DNA from: a phage
DNA length: 44,706 nucleotides
NCBI GenBank assembly: GCA_021454005.1
Contig: GCA_021454005.1_3939.1
Reading direction: 5' to 3' (one strand)
The translations under genes and the position numbers were made by a program. Below are positions 26,631 through 36,250 of the stretch, in pieces. The notes under the pieces were generated by a model, which did no database searches, had not been told where the DNA came from, and saw only the letters and a list, made by a program, of their open reading frames with translations. Each line of letters begins with the position of its first letter. Positions within the stretch are counted from its first letter, which is position 1.

Positions 26631-29330
26631 TTAGTGAACCTCAAGCCAGCTTTTACCAACCTTACCAGTACCTGTAACAAGTGTTTCTTTCTTAAGACCT
26701 AAGTTCTTAGAAGCTTGTCCATAATACCAGTCAGTAACCGCTTTCACCTCTGCCGTCATGCTTTCTGGACATTCCCAACTCGTCTCATCGTGATATGCGC
26801 AGAGTAAACGAGCACCAATAGCTGGTTTGCGACCATTCAACTTCATCAAGCCTTCGTCAATCATACGACGACAAGCAAGGTTAATCGCCTCATTTTGAAT
26901 CTGAGCCTCTGAACCCATCAAAAGATAGTTCAATAATTTGTGTGGAGATTTACACCACAACCAAGCTCCAGCAACCTTTACAAAACCACCTTTAGAGATT
27001 GCAGCAGTCTTACCAAATACCTCTTCAAGTGCCTTTTTAGTTGCTTTGTAGTCAGCTTCCAAGTCATCTAGCAGCTTTTTAATTTTAGGCAAACGAATAA
27101 AGTAAGTCTGTTTAGTCAGCGCACCTTCCTGAGTAGTTGCAGCTTTAATCGTCTTAGCAAACTTCTCATCACCTGCACCGAACAGCAGTGCATAGATACC
27201 ATTCTTAGCTTTCTTACGACCCTTGCTAATCTCATGAAGAAGATTCTCATCCTGAGTAGCTCGACAAGTCAAGATGTCCTGCTCATCGTTCAAGTTAAAG
27301 TAAATACTGTTCAGTGTATGTGCATCAGTCCCTGAATAGACAACGTACAGGTCATTCTCAGAGTCATAGCGAAGGTACTTATCAATCTCTGGGTTAAGGT
27401 ACTCATCAAAGTGTTTACAGTAATAGCGTCCATCTTCTTGACGAATGAACTCAATTTCTTCTTTACCTTGCGTTACCGCTTTGGTGAAGTCTTTATCACC
27501 CATAAAGTTACAAAGAAGAACTAGCTGGGCTGAGTTCATGTCTACAGAGACAACGTTAGTACCTTCCTCACAAATCCACACTGCCCTCATTGGTTCCCCA
27601 TAGACAGCAGCACCAGACGGTACGTTTACAATACCATACTGTGTCATACGTCCAGTTGAAGTACCAAACACCATTGCACCAGCACTAAGGCGACCATCAG
27701 GACGAATCTGGTTCAACCAACCTTTTTCATCATCCTTTGAGTTCTCAATAGTTCTGCGTCGGTGCATCAAAGTGTAGTATTTAGCAATCTTCTGTCCAAG
27801 CTCACCTTCAATCGTATCGTAAGATGATTCAGTAAGTTTTGGTGAAGTACGGATTAAGCAAGGCTCAAGCAAATCTGTGTACTTCTTCACAGACCAGTTA
27901 TGCTCAATGTACTGGACGCCTTCGTGTTCAACATAACTCAAACCACACCGCTCAACCATTTCCTGCCACTTAGGATGCTTTGTAATCATCTTTTTATTGT
28001 CTTTGAAACGACAAACTTTGACAGGGCGACCATCAGAGTCTTTCTTGTAGTTCCAGTCATCTGGAATCCAACCAACTGATTTCAAGTAGTCTTTAACAAC
28101 TGCTACCTGAGTCATACGAGAAACTTCAAACTCAATTGGTGTATATGGTGCATCAATCAAACCTGTGTAGCGACTTGACTCAAGTTCAAAGTGGTTAACA
28201 ACGTGGCTGTTATAGTACTTCACAGTTTTGACTGTTTTTACTGGCTTCCAGTCTTTGCATTTCTTGCCAATCTTTGCGTTCAACTCATTGCAAATTGCAC
28301 GAGCATCCTTCATTGCTACAAAGCCTTCCTTGTACTCTTCACCAGTTACAGTGTTGGTTGGTGTATAGCAATTCCTTTTTTCAATGTTAAAAATCTTTGT
28401 AGTTGGCTTACCAAATGGTTTGATTTCGTATGTCTGCATCTCGCCATTACGTACCTGCTGACGATACTTTGTCTTAGGGTACTTGGTAATTCTTTTCAGT
28501 CCATCTGCATGACCAAATGTTTCAACATACTCATTCCAAGCTTTTGCAAACTCTTCTCCAGTGACTTTACCTTTGGTCTTAATAGTTGGAGGTAGATGTG
28601 GTTCAACCTCTGAAGCAAGCTCATTAGTCAACTTGTCAAGTTCCTTTACATGGAACTCCATAAGCTCTTTATCAGCTTTCCAACCATTGATAGCTTGTTG
28701 ACTCATCCAGAAAGATGTTTCTTTAGCTCGCATGTAGGTTTCATAAGTGTCTATGCCACACTTCTTAAGCTTGAGATACTCATTATCAAGTGCCCGTTTA
28801 GTTTTGGCGTTAATACGGATATCTTCTACAACACGAGTGAAGATTTCTGCATTCCACACACCCCAATGTTCAATCTCTGGTTTACGAACACCGACACGAG
28901 CACCCCATGCAGCCAAACCATGAGCACCTTTATAACCCTTTGGAGTTGGTCTATCCATCCACTGAACACGAGACTGGATAAGAGAATCCTGAAAGAAATT
29001 ACTCCACGGTTTACACTTTGGATTATCAAAGTTCCATAAATCGGGTGCAATGTGATTGAAAACCCACCAGTCATAACCAAGACCATTATGAATGCAAAGA
29101 CGTTTTGCCTTTAACGCAAATTCAATACCTTCACGTAAGCCACCCTTAATGTACTTGGTATACTTGTGACCGAGGATAGGCTCATCTGTAAAGACCCATA
29201 CAGGTGGCTCTTCATCGTCAGATTTATAGTCTGCGAAAGCCATTACGTGCACTTTAGTGAACTCAAGGAGTAAACCATCAGTTTCTGTATCACCAACTAA
29301 ATGTAAGTTTTTAAAATCTACGTTTTCCAT
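26631..29330 (-). CDS. DNA polymerase, family A (T7-like)
   Basis: Exo motif GDTETDGL; Pol A motif B RKKAKNGIYALLFGAG; motif C YHDE; start set at ATG 29330 with RBS GAGGGAG. Confidence 0.85.
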   Translation of the reverse strand: MENVDFKNLHLVGDTETDGLLLEFTKVHVMAFADYKSDDEEPPVWVFTDEPILGHKYTKYIKGGLREGIEFALKAKRLCIHNGLGYDWWVFNHIAPDLWNFDNPKCKPWSNFFQDSLIQSRVQWMDRPTPKGYKGAHGLAAWGARVGVRKPEIEHWGVWNAEIFTRVVEDIRINAKTKRALDNEYLKLKKCGIDTYETYMRAKETSFWMSQQAINGWKADKELMEFHVKELDKLTNELASEVEPHLPPTIKTKGKVTGEEFAKAWNEYVETFGHADGLKRITKYPKTKYRQQVRNGEMQTYEIKPFGKPTTKIFNIEKRNCYTPTNTVTGEEYKEGFVAMKDARAICNELNAKIGKKCKDWKPVKTVKTVKYYNSHVVNHFELESSRYTGLIDAPYTPIEFEVSRMTQVAVVKDYLKSVGWIPDDWNYKKDSDGRPVKVCRFKDNKKMITKHPKWQEMVERCGLSYVEHEGVQYIEHNWSVKKYTDLLEPCLIRTSPKLTESSYDTIEGELGQKIAKYYTLMHRRRTIENSKDDEKGWLNQIRPDGRLSAGAMVFGTSTGRMTQYGIVNVPSGAAVYGEPMRAVWICEEGTNVVSVDMNSAQLVLLCNFMGDKDFTKAVTQGKEEIEFIRQEDGRYYCKHFDEYLNPEIDKYLRYDSENDLYVVYSGTDAHTLNSIYFNLNDEQDILTCRATQDENLLHEISKGRKKAKNGIYALLFGAGDEKFAKTIKAATTQEGALTKQTYFIRLPKIKKLLDDLEADYKATKKALEEVFGKTAAISKGGFVKVAGAWLWCKSPHKLLNYLLMGSEAQIQNEAINLACRRMIDEGLMKLNGRKPAIGARLLCAYHDETSWECPESMTAEVKAVTDWYYGQASKNLGLKKETLVTGTGKVGKSWLEVH

Positions 29331-29376
29331 TTTTACTCCCTCTAAAATCATTAACCTCATACATTACTGCAAAAAA

Positions 29377-29382
29377 TTATAA
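29377..29382 (-). promoter_or_regulatory. candidate -10 (TATAAT) for DNA polymerase gene
   Basis: Perfect TATAAT on - strand about 47 nt upstream of the pol start; no well-spaced -35. Confidence 0.25.
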
Positions 29383-29526
29383 AAAGCAAGTTGACAATGC
29401 ACTTGACAAGGTGCTAATCTTTGCGAAGTGGGTTTTTACTTAAAAGGTTACTTAACAGTTTAACTATACAGATACTTTAAAACTCTTAAAAGATTATTTA
29501 ATAGCTTTTAAAAAGCTTTAAAGTAT

Positions 29527-29543
29527 AACGTATAGAATACGTT
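29527..29543 (+). promoter_or_regulatory. palindrome overlapping TAGAAT -10-like hexamer
   Basis: AACGTA-TAGAA-TACGTT inverted repeat in AT-rich region; TAGAAT at 29533-29538 matches the -10 of promoters at 33910 and 34249. Confidence 0.3.
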
Positions 29544-29587
29544 AAGATAAAAGATTAAAACTCAATAGTTACTTAAAAGAGGCTTAC

Positions 29588-30010
29588 ATGCAGAAAATGT
29601 TTGTTCACCCAGACATAGCTGACTTTGTTAGAGCTTTGCAGAAGTTGGAAGAACTTGACATTGCTGCTCAACGGGAATATGCTCACCATCACAGGAGAAT
29701 GGTTGATATACAACATGAAATAGAGTTGTCTGAAAACTATGAAGATGACTTAAAATGCTCTGTATTTGAGCATATGAAAGATGTTGCTACAGCAAGACGT
29801 AAAGCTAAAGACACAGTTGCTTTACTAGATTCTCTTAAAAAGAGGTTGCAAAGTGGTACAGACCTGTGTAATCTAGCATCACTGATTAACGATGTCGAAA
29901 CTTCTTGGGATAGACACTACTATCCACGTTCTGAAAAGACACTTGACTTTTCTTCATCAGAAAACTTAAAATGTTCTAGAAAGAAACTTAACCAACTGAG
30001 AGAGAAATAA
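29588..30010 (+). CDS. hypothetical protein
   Basis: 140 aa ORF, first gene of + strand block; no motif recognised. Confidence 0.35.
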   Translation: MQKMFVHPDIADFVRALQKLEELDIAAQREYAHHHRRMVDIQHEIELSENYEDDLKCSVFEHMKDVATARRKAKDTVALLDSLKKRLQSGTDLCNLASLINDVETSWDRHYYPRSEKTLDFSSSENLKCSRKKLNQLREK

Positions 30011-30011
30011 T

Positions 30012-30824
30012 ATGAATATCAATGTGGAACAGATGCTTGAAGAGAAAGGTGTTGATGAAGCATTCTTAATCAATGCCGTAGAAAGCATGGCTATGATTCT
30101 TCGTGGAAATAACTACACAGAACAGTTTATGCCTGCAAGCTACAACTTACCTGAAGACAAGTCTGATAGTAGTGCTTTTGCAGAGCAGGTTAATATGATG
30201 CTGTGTGACAAAAAGCTTGCTTTAGCATCTATCGTTGTAGGTGTCGATGCTCTTGCAGAGTTCATTTTTTATGAGATGCAGAAAAATGACTATATTGCCA
30301 TGACATCTGAAGAAAAAGACTCGCTGCTGCTCTTAGATAATGATGAGCTAGTTGGCCTGTTAATTTCTTCAACGAGTGCTGTTATGGCTGCTCTTGAGAA
30401 GCGTATGAATGAGAAGTTGTCACGGTATGAAAAACTTGATTGGGGCGTAGAAGAATTAAACCCACGAATCAAAGAGATTATCCAGCAAACCAAAGCTTCT
30501 TTGGAAGAAGCTGTGAAAGATGATTATGTAGCTGGCATAGAACCACTACAGGTGAAAGTTGCATTGATGATGCCAGCTATCTCTACGATGATGAATATCG
30601 TTGCATTAATCCAGCTTTCACAGATGATGGGTACAACCATCGAGTTCATTGAGAGTATGACTGGTGGTGTCAGTATGCAAGCAATCAATGATGTTTTGGT
30701 GAGCATTGGAGCTTCAATCATTGAAGAGAAACTGCGCATTAACTTTGGTGACGATTTTGTGAAGCAAATCGCAGCTATGGCTGAAAAAGAACACTCACAG
30801 ATTACCACTGAACAACTGCACTGA
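30012..30824 (+). CDS. hypothetical protein
   Basis: 270 aa acidic ORF; no motif recognised. Confidence 0.35.
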   Translation: MNINVEQMLEEKGVDEAFLINAVESMAMILRGNNYTEQFMPASYNLPEDKSDSSAFAEQVNMMLCDKKLALASIVVGVDALAEFIFYEMQKNDYIAMTSEEKDSLLLLDNDELVGLLISSTSAVMAALEKRMNEKLSRYEKLDWGVEELNPRIKEIIQQTKASLEEAVKDDYVAGIEPLQVKVALMMPAISTMMNIVALIQLSQMMGTTIEFIESMTGGVSMQAINDVLVSIGASIIEEKLRINFGDDFVKQIAAMAEKEHSQITTEQLH

Positions 30825-30842
30825 GTTTTTATAAATGTTACA

Positions 30843-30868
30843 AGCCTCCTTAGTTGGGGGCTTTTTAG
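30843..30868 (+). terminator. rho-independent terminator
   Basis: AGCCTCC-TTAGTT-GGGGGCT hairpin followed by TTTTT. Confidence 0.5.
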
Positions 30869-30885
30869 TAATTAAGGGAGATAGA

Positions 30886-31629
30886 ATGAGTAATATTATC
30901 GCATTTACTGGAAAGGCACGCTCTGGAAAAGACACCTCATGTTCTATTGTGAAGAACATCTTAGAGGATGAGTATGGCTACAATGTTGCTGTAATGGCCT
31001 TTGCAGACAACCTTAAAATGTCTGCATCAAAGATATTTGACCTGACTTGGAATGACCTGTATGGTGAAACTAAAGAGACTCCACAGGTATTTGACTTATC
31101 ATATCCTGAACTGATGTTTAAAGTTACGGAAGCTATGGAGTTCACCTTCAGAGATGAACGTTACCATATGGACTTCAAGCTTATGTCAGAGTTAACCGGA
31201 CGATTAATCATGGAGCTTAAGAAGGTTGCTAAACCTACCCTATTAACACGTCTGGGATTTAGTAAAAAGTATAAATTCTCATCAAGACAAATTCAACAGA
31301 TTTGGGGTACTGAAGTTGTCCGTAAAGTAATGGGCAACAAGTTCTGGTCTAAAGACCTTGAAAAAAGAATGGTTAGATTCCATGAAATGTGCTCACTTAG
31401 AAATCAATATGGTTTTGTCTTAATCAGTGATTTAAGATTTGACTCTGAAGCTGAATGGCTGAGTAGATTTGCACACCAAACTATTGAAGTAAAAAGAGAC
31501 AATGTGGACAAAGTTTCATCACATGTTTCAGAAAATGGGATTTCTACAAAATATGAGCGTGACATTATTCATAATAATGGTACTCTTGCAGACCTTGAGA
31601 ACAAGCTAAGAGCCATCATTAAAGTTTAA
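30886..31629 (+). CDS. deoxynucleoside monophosphate kinase (T4 gp1-like)
   Basis: P-loop FTGKARSGKDT matches T4 dNMP kinase LSGVKRSGKDT (recalled); start set at ATG 30886 with RBS AAGGGAG. Confidence 0.7.
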   Translation: MSNIIAFTGKARSGKDTSCSIVKNILEDEYGYNVAVMAFADNLKMSASKIFDLTWNDLYGETKETPQVFDLSYPELMFKVTEAMEFTFRDERYHMDFKLMSELTGRLIMELKKVAKPTLLTRLGFSKKYKFSSRQIQQIWGTEVVRKVMGNKFWSKDLEKRMVRFHEMCSLRNQYGFVLISDLRFDSEAEWLSRFAHQTIEVKRDNVDKVSSHVSENGISTKYERDIIHNNGTLADLENKLRAIIKV

Positions 31630-31637
31630 AAGAGAGA

Positions 31638-31838
31638 ATGAAGATGAGAGTAAAAGACAATTTTAAAGTTATTGACCACCGTTTAGTGGAACTCTCATCT
31701 CTTTCCAATGAGGTAATGATTGAACGTCTTAAGAGAGTTGAATCACGAAGGAAAGAGATTGCAGATGAAATTCATGAACTGGACAAGATTGAAAATGGAT
31801 TGAAGGCAGAACTACAACGAAGAGGTGCTAATGTCTAA
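31638..31838 (+). CDS. hypothetical small protein
   Basis: 66 aa charged, helical ORF; position only. Confidence 0.3.
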   Translation: MKMRVKDNFKVIDHRLVELSSLSNEVMIERLKRVESRRKEIADEIHELDKIENGLKAELQRRGANV

Positions 31839-33816
31839 AGGTCGTAAATTGAAAGAGGCTGGTCAGTTTGTTGGTCATTGCGCATGTCCACGTTGTGGCT
31901 CATCAGATGCTGGTTCAATCTATCATCATGACGATGATTCTTATTCAATGACTTGCTTTAGTTGTAACAAAGGTTTCCCAGAGTGGGATTTTGATAAAGG
32001 ACAAATCGTGAGCACTTATTCTACTGGTTCAGACAATAAAAACCGTACTTTCCGTGGAATGGATTTAGACGATGTAAAAGAAAACCTAGAAGCAATGGAC
32101 TTGAAAGATAGGAAGATTCCTGCAAAAGTCCTTGAACGCTTAGGTATCAAGGTTGACATTGACAGTGATGGTGAAATTGACGCGCATTTCTATCCAACTT
32201 ACAAACGTAATGAAGATGGTAAGCTAGAGCACGTTGGCTACCGTGTTCGTCACCGTTACCCAGAAGACCATCCAAAAGAACACCTACGAGGTAAGTTAAA
32301 AGACTTTTCTGGTGGTGTTGGAGACATTAAAGGTGAACTGGCAATGTTCGGTTCATGGATTGCTCCAGAAGGTGGTAACCGTCTATTCATCTGGGAAGGT
32401 GAGATGGAATGTGCGACAGCAATCTATATGACTTCTCTTGCGATTAAGGATAAATCTCGTCGTAAGAATTACTGTCACGTATCTGTTCCATCAGGTGCAA
32501 ACATCAAGTCTATCAAAGATAACTATCAGTACATTACATCATTTGATGAGATTTACTTGTGCTTTGATAACGATGAAGCAGGTGCTAAAGCCACTAAAGA
32601 GGCTGCTGGTATCCTACCTATTGAGAAGGTTCGTTTATTCCAGTATCCAGAAGGCGTAAAAGACCTTAACGAGTGGTGGACAAAGTTCTATAAAGAGAAA
32701 GACACAGTTCTGGAAGGATTTAAGCAGCGTATCTACAATGCACCTCGTTACTGTCCTGCTGGTATCAAGAACTTTGCAGATGGTTTTGAGGCAATGAAGA
32801 ATCGTGGTCAGATTCCATTGATTCCTTTCCCAGAATCTTTCGGAGATTTGAACAGGCTGACTTATGGTGGTTACGGTTTAGGTGAGATTACAACTATTGC
32901 AGCACCATCTTCAGTAGGTAAGTCAGCTTACACTCGTGAGATGATTTATTCAGCTTGGAAAGAAACTGATTATAATATCGGTGTAATTCCTGTAGAAGAT
33001 ACCTATGAAGAGTTGATGGAGATGCTCTGTGCAATCCACCTGAGCAAGCAGATTTCTGAGATTCCTTATGACGAACGTGATTGGGATGAATTGAAGAAGG
33101 CACACGCAGAACTGTCTAAGGGTCGTCGTATCCACATCGTTGACCATCAAGGGGCAATTGACCAAGATAACTTGCTGGAGTTTGTTGACTATCTTGTTAA
33201 CAGCTTAGACTGTAAGATTATTATTCTTGACCCTATTACGTTGGCTCTGTCACGTTCAGATACGGATGAAGAGGAAGTTTTATCTGAGCTATTGCGTCGT
33301 TGCAAACGCTACCAGTATGCACAGGTGAACGTCTGTCACGTTCGTAAGAGTGCAGGTGGTCAGAAGGCTAACTCCGAAGGTGGAGATATCTCTGAAGAGG
33401 ATATTAAAGGTTCTGGTGCGTATTTCCAGATTTCTATGAACAACATTCTATTAATGCGTAACAAGGTTGACTCAGACCCTGTTAAGAAAAACTTGACAAA
33501 AATCAAGTTAACTAAATGCCGTCGTCATGGTAAGTCAACAGGTATTGCTGGTCATACTTGGTACAATCCAGATACAGGACGTCTCATTAAAGCCTCTGGT
33601 TGTGGAGTTGACATTGATGGTGCAGCAGAAAATATTCGCCAACAGTTTGGTATTGGTGAAGCTGAAGACCATTACGATGACTCTTTGCCACATTATGAGG
33701 ATGAAGTGTTTGACCGTGAGACTGGTGAAGTCTATACTGAAGAGCAGCGTCAAAGCTCAACGATTCCACCTGTATTAAGTGAGGATGCAGATGACTGCCC
33801 GTTCGAAACTGAGTGA
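31831..33816 (+). CDS. DNA primase/helicase (T7 gp4-like)
   Basis: N-terminal zinc ribbon CACPRCGSSD...CFSCNKG; Walker A APSSVGKS and Walker B IIILDP in C-terminal half; start at ATG 31831. Confidence 0.8.
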   Translation: MSKGRKLKEAGQFVGHCACPRCGSSDAGSIYHHDDDSYSMTCFSCNKGFPEWDFDKGQIVSTYSTGSDNKNRTFRGMDLDDVKENLEAMDLKDRKIPAKVLERLGIKVDIDSDGEIDAHFYPTYKRNEDGKLEHVGYRVRHRYPEDHPKEHLRGKLKDFSGGVGDIKGELAMFGSWIAPEGGNRLFIWEGEMECATAIYMTSLAIKDKSRRKNYCHVSVPSGANIKSIKDNYQYITSFDEIYLCFDNDEAGAKATKEAAGILPIEKVRLFQYPEGVKDLNEWWTKFYKEKDTVLEGFKQRIYNAPRYCPAGIKNFADGFEAMKNRGQIPLIPFPESFGDLNRLTYGGYGLGEITTIAAPSSVGKSAYTREMIYSAWKETDYNIGVIPVEDTYEELMEMLCAIHLSKQISEIPYDERDWDELKKAHAELSKGRRIHIVDHQGAIDQDNLLEFVDYLVNSLDCKIIILDPITLALSRSDTDEEEVLSELLRRCKRYQYAQVNVCHVRKSAGGQKANSEGGDISEEDIKGSGAYFQISMNNILLMRNKVDSDPVKKNLTKIKLTKCRRHGKSTGIAGHTWYNPDTGRLIKASGCGVDIDGAAENIRQQFGIGEAEDHYDDSLPHYEDEVFDRETGEVYTEEQRQSSTIPPVLSEDADDCPFETE

Positions 33817-33886
33817 TAGCTATAAAAGAGGGGGGTTCACACCCTTATTTGAAGAAAAAAGTTTAAATAAATTTCATGAAGAGTGT

Positions 33887-33915
33887 TTGACAAAGATTGA
33901 TAGGTTCTATAGAAT
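33887..33915 (+). promoter_or_regulatory. sigma70-like promoter TTGACA-17-TAGAAT
   Basis: TTGACA 33887-33892, 17 nt spacer, TAGAAT 33910-33915. Confidence 0.45.
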
Positions 33916-34068
33916 GCTCCACATGAAATGCGATGGAGAAGTTGAAATAGAACAGCAGTTCCATCAAAGCATGATTACAGTCATCATTACACTGCCTCAG
34001 CATAATATTGGTTGGCTGTTTATAATGAAAGAAAATGTGTTTGAATATCAAGTATATCGGAGAATATC

Positions 34069-34218
34069 ATGAAACACTCTAAAGCATTTGAAAAAGTTTT
34101 TGGGGATTCCTTAAAAGCCACTGCTGGAAAACCAGCAAAATACTATGAAGAAAAACGTGTAAGAACTGGAAAAACTGCACGTAAAGCAGCTTCTAAAGAT
34201 AAGCACAACTTCCAGTAA
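34069..34218 (+). CDS. small basic protein (49 aa), absent from ORF track
   Basis: ATG 34069 preceded by GGAGA 8 nt upstream; encodes MKHSKAFEKVFGDSLKATAGKPAKYYEEKRVRTGKTARKAASKDKHNFQ, Lys/Arg-rich. Confidence 0.3.
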   Translation: MKHSKAFEKVFGDSLKATAGKPAKYYEEKRVRTGKTARKAASKDKHNFQ

Positions 34219-34225
34219 TTAGCAT

Positions 34226-34254
34226 TTGACAATAGAGTATCAACAAATTAGAAT
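34226..34254 (+). promoter_or_regulatory. sigma70-like promoter TTGACA-17-TAGAAT
   Basis: TTGACA 34226-34231, 17 nt spacer, TAGAAT 34249-34254; same architecture as 33887. Confidence 0.45.
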
Positions 34255-34290
34255 TGGTACTCTTCATAAATTGAGATAGAGGTTTAAATA

Positions 34291-35148
34291 ATGTCTAAAG
34301 TTGTTAAAATGAAAGCTCCGGTAGAGAAGTACAACGGTACTGAACGTCAAACTCTGCGTTACCTGCTGAAAGATGTCTGGTTTTATTACCTGAACACTTC
34401 ACCGCGTCCGGGAAAAGGTAAGTCTATTGATAAGAAATTCCCAGGCAAGGACTGTAACTACAGCGTATCAATTCTGGCAGAAGACGGTAACAAACTGTTT
34501 AAAGAGTTTACTAAGTCTAAGAAGAACCCAGAAGGTTGGGATAAAGTTACTACTGAAGCAGTTGATGCAGATGACTTCGAAGAGAAGTTTGGCTGCAAAC
34601 CACCTTTTGAAGCAGACACTTACTACATCTTGAAAGTAAGTCGTGCAGCAGCTTATAAAGATGGTGCTGTATGGACAGCTAAACAGTCATTCCCTGTAAT
34701 GCTGATTGAAGAAGTAAACGGTAAACGTGTAGCTGTTAAACAGCCGATGAAGAAAATCAAAGCTCAAGCATCTGATAAGCATGAAGATGATAAGAACTAT
34801 GATGTAATTCATCCAGATATTGCAGTTGGTAACGGTTCTTTTGGTAGTGTGATTCTTTCTACTCACTTCTACACTTTTGAGAACAATGTTCTGACTAAAC
34901 CTATTCAGGAACAGTTTATCATTGATACTCTTGTACCTTACACTGGTGGTAACGGTGCTAATGGTGAACCTGAACTGGATGAAGATGAACTGGCTATGCT
35001 TGGTCTTGATGGTGTCGAAGATAACGGTGAAATCACTGAAGAAGACGCAACAGACCATAAATCTTCGAATGATTCTGATGATGGTGATGATGAAGATTTG
35101 CCAGACCCAGATGACGAAGAGGATGAAGACTTCGATACAGAAGATTAA
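34291..35148 (+). CDS. single-stranded DNA-binding protein (T7 gp2.5-like)
   Basis: Highly acidic C-terminal tail ending DEEDEDFDTED with aromatic residue near the end; sits with primase-helicase and exonuclease. Confidence 0.45.
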   Translation: MSKVVKMKAPVEKYNGTERQTLRYLLKDVWFYYLNTSPRPGKGKSIDKKFPGKDCNYSVSILAEDGNKLFKEFTKSKKNPEGWDKVTTEAVDADDFEEKFGCKPPFEADTYYILKVSRAAAYKDGAVWTAKQSFPVMLIEEVNGKRVAVKQPMKKIKAQASDKHEDDKNYDVIHPDIAVGNGSFGSVILSTHFYTFENNVLTKPIQEQFIIDTLVPYTGGNGANGEPELDEDELAMLGLDGVEDNGEITEEDATDHKSSNDSDDGDDEDLPDPDDEEDEDFDTED

Positions 35149-35165
35149 TCTCTAAAGTTACTTTA

Positions 35166-35193
35166 AAGCCCTGTACTCCGTATGGGGCTTTTT
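35166..35193 (+). terminator. rho-independent terminator
   Basis: AAGCCC...GGGCTT hairpin followed by TTTTT. Confidence 0.45.
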
Positions 35194-35209
35194 CATATGG
35201 AGAGCCATA

Positions 35210-36250
35210 ATGGAGAAGTACACATTAACAAAACTTCCCGATTCAGTTACACATGTTTTTATTGACTCTGACAGTATTGCCTATAAAGGTGCTTGTGTAG
35301 TTGAGAAATCAAAATATAAATACGTCAATAAACTCACAGCAGAAGAATCTGAGCCATTTGATAATGCGAAAGATGCTGCAAGATGGTTAGCAGACCAGAG
35401 AATCCTTGTGGAAGAACTTGGCCTGACATTTGATGAAGATGAATGGGAAAGACAAACTTGGAAAGAAGCTAAGAGTGAAAAAGAAGCTATCATGGCTACT
35501 CAACAGGTGCTTCAGGAATGGCTTAAGATTGTTGGTAAAGAAAGAACTTGGGTAGGCTATTTAACAGAGAAAGGTGTGCATAAACATAAAGACATTAAAG
35601 GTCTTGAGCACCAATATCAAGGGAACCGTAAAGATGCTGTCACACCAACACACTTAGTTGCTTGTCGTGAGTATCTTCTGTCAAGACCAGAGTTCAAACT
35701 CTTAAAGGGAGGATTCGAAGCCGATTCAATCGTAATTGCTAAAGCTGAAAAGATGGGTAAGAAAGCTGCTCTTATGAGTATTGACAAAGACCTTCGACAA
35801 GCTGAAGGAACTTATTGTATTGATATGACTTATGAAAAATCACCACTAATTTTTATTGCTGATAATAATGTTGGTGATATCTGGGATTGTCCTATCAAAT
35901 CAAAACCAAAAGCTGCAAAAACAGTTGGTGTAGGTTTTAAATTCTTGTGTTATCAGGCTGTTGCTGGAGATAATGCAGACAACTACTTCGGCCTAAAAGG
36001 GGCTGGTAAAGTAGCTGTGATGAATGCTTTAGATGGTAAAGAGACCTACAAAGAGTGTCTTGATGCTATCTATGAACTCTATGCTAAAAAAGACTCTTAT
36101 ACCTATGTGTCATGGGATGGACAGACTGTTACAAAGACACCGTTAGAGTTAATGGAACAGCATTTCTGGATAGCATATCAAGAGAGAAATCCAAAAGACA
36201 ATTTCTCTTTCAAGAAATATAATTGGGAGCCGTGTATGAATGAAGATTAA
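35210..36250 (+). CDS. 5'-3' exonuclease (T7 gp6-like)
   Basis: VTHVFIDSDSIAYKGA, SIDKDL and QAVAGDNADNYFGLKGAG match recalled T7 gp6 segments. Confidence 0.75.
   Translation: MEKYTLTKLPDSVTHVFIDSDSIAYKGACVVEKSKYKYVNKLTAEESEPFDNAKDAARWLADQRILVEELGLTFDEDEWERQTWKEAKSEKEAIMATQQVLQEWLKIVGKERTWVGYLTEKGVHKHKDIKGLEHQYQGNRKDAVTPTHLVACREYLLSRPEFKLLKGGFEADSIVIAKAEKMGKKAALMSIDKDLRQAEGTYCIDMTYEKSPLIFIADNNVGDIWDCPIKSKPKAAKTVGVGFKFLCYQAVAGDNADNYFGLKGAGKVAVMNALDGKETYKECLDAIYELYAKKDSYTYVSWDGQTVTKTPLELMEQHFWIAYQERNPKDNFSFKKYNWEPCMNED

Noticed and set aside
26631-29360. Longer N-terminal extensions given by the ORF track for several genes
   Set aside because: The upstream-most ATG or GTG lacks an RBS or runs through a terminator hairpin, while an internal ATG has a good RBS. 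Starts were moved for DNA pol (29330), ligase (25266), dNMP kinase (30886), primase-helicase (31831), nrdB (40963), 40709, 23719, 21600 and 25662.
33779-34072. 97 aa ORF overlapping the end of the primase-helicase gene
   Set aside because: It overlaps the TTGACA-17-TAGAAT promoter and has no RBS; the short ORF 34069..34218 is favoured. Coding cannot be fully excluded.
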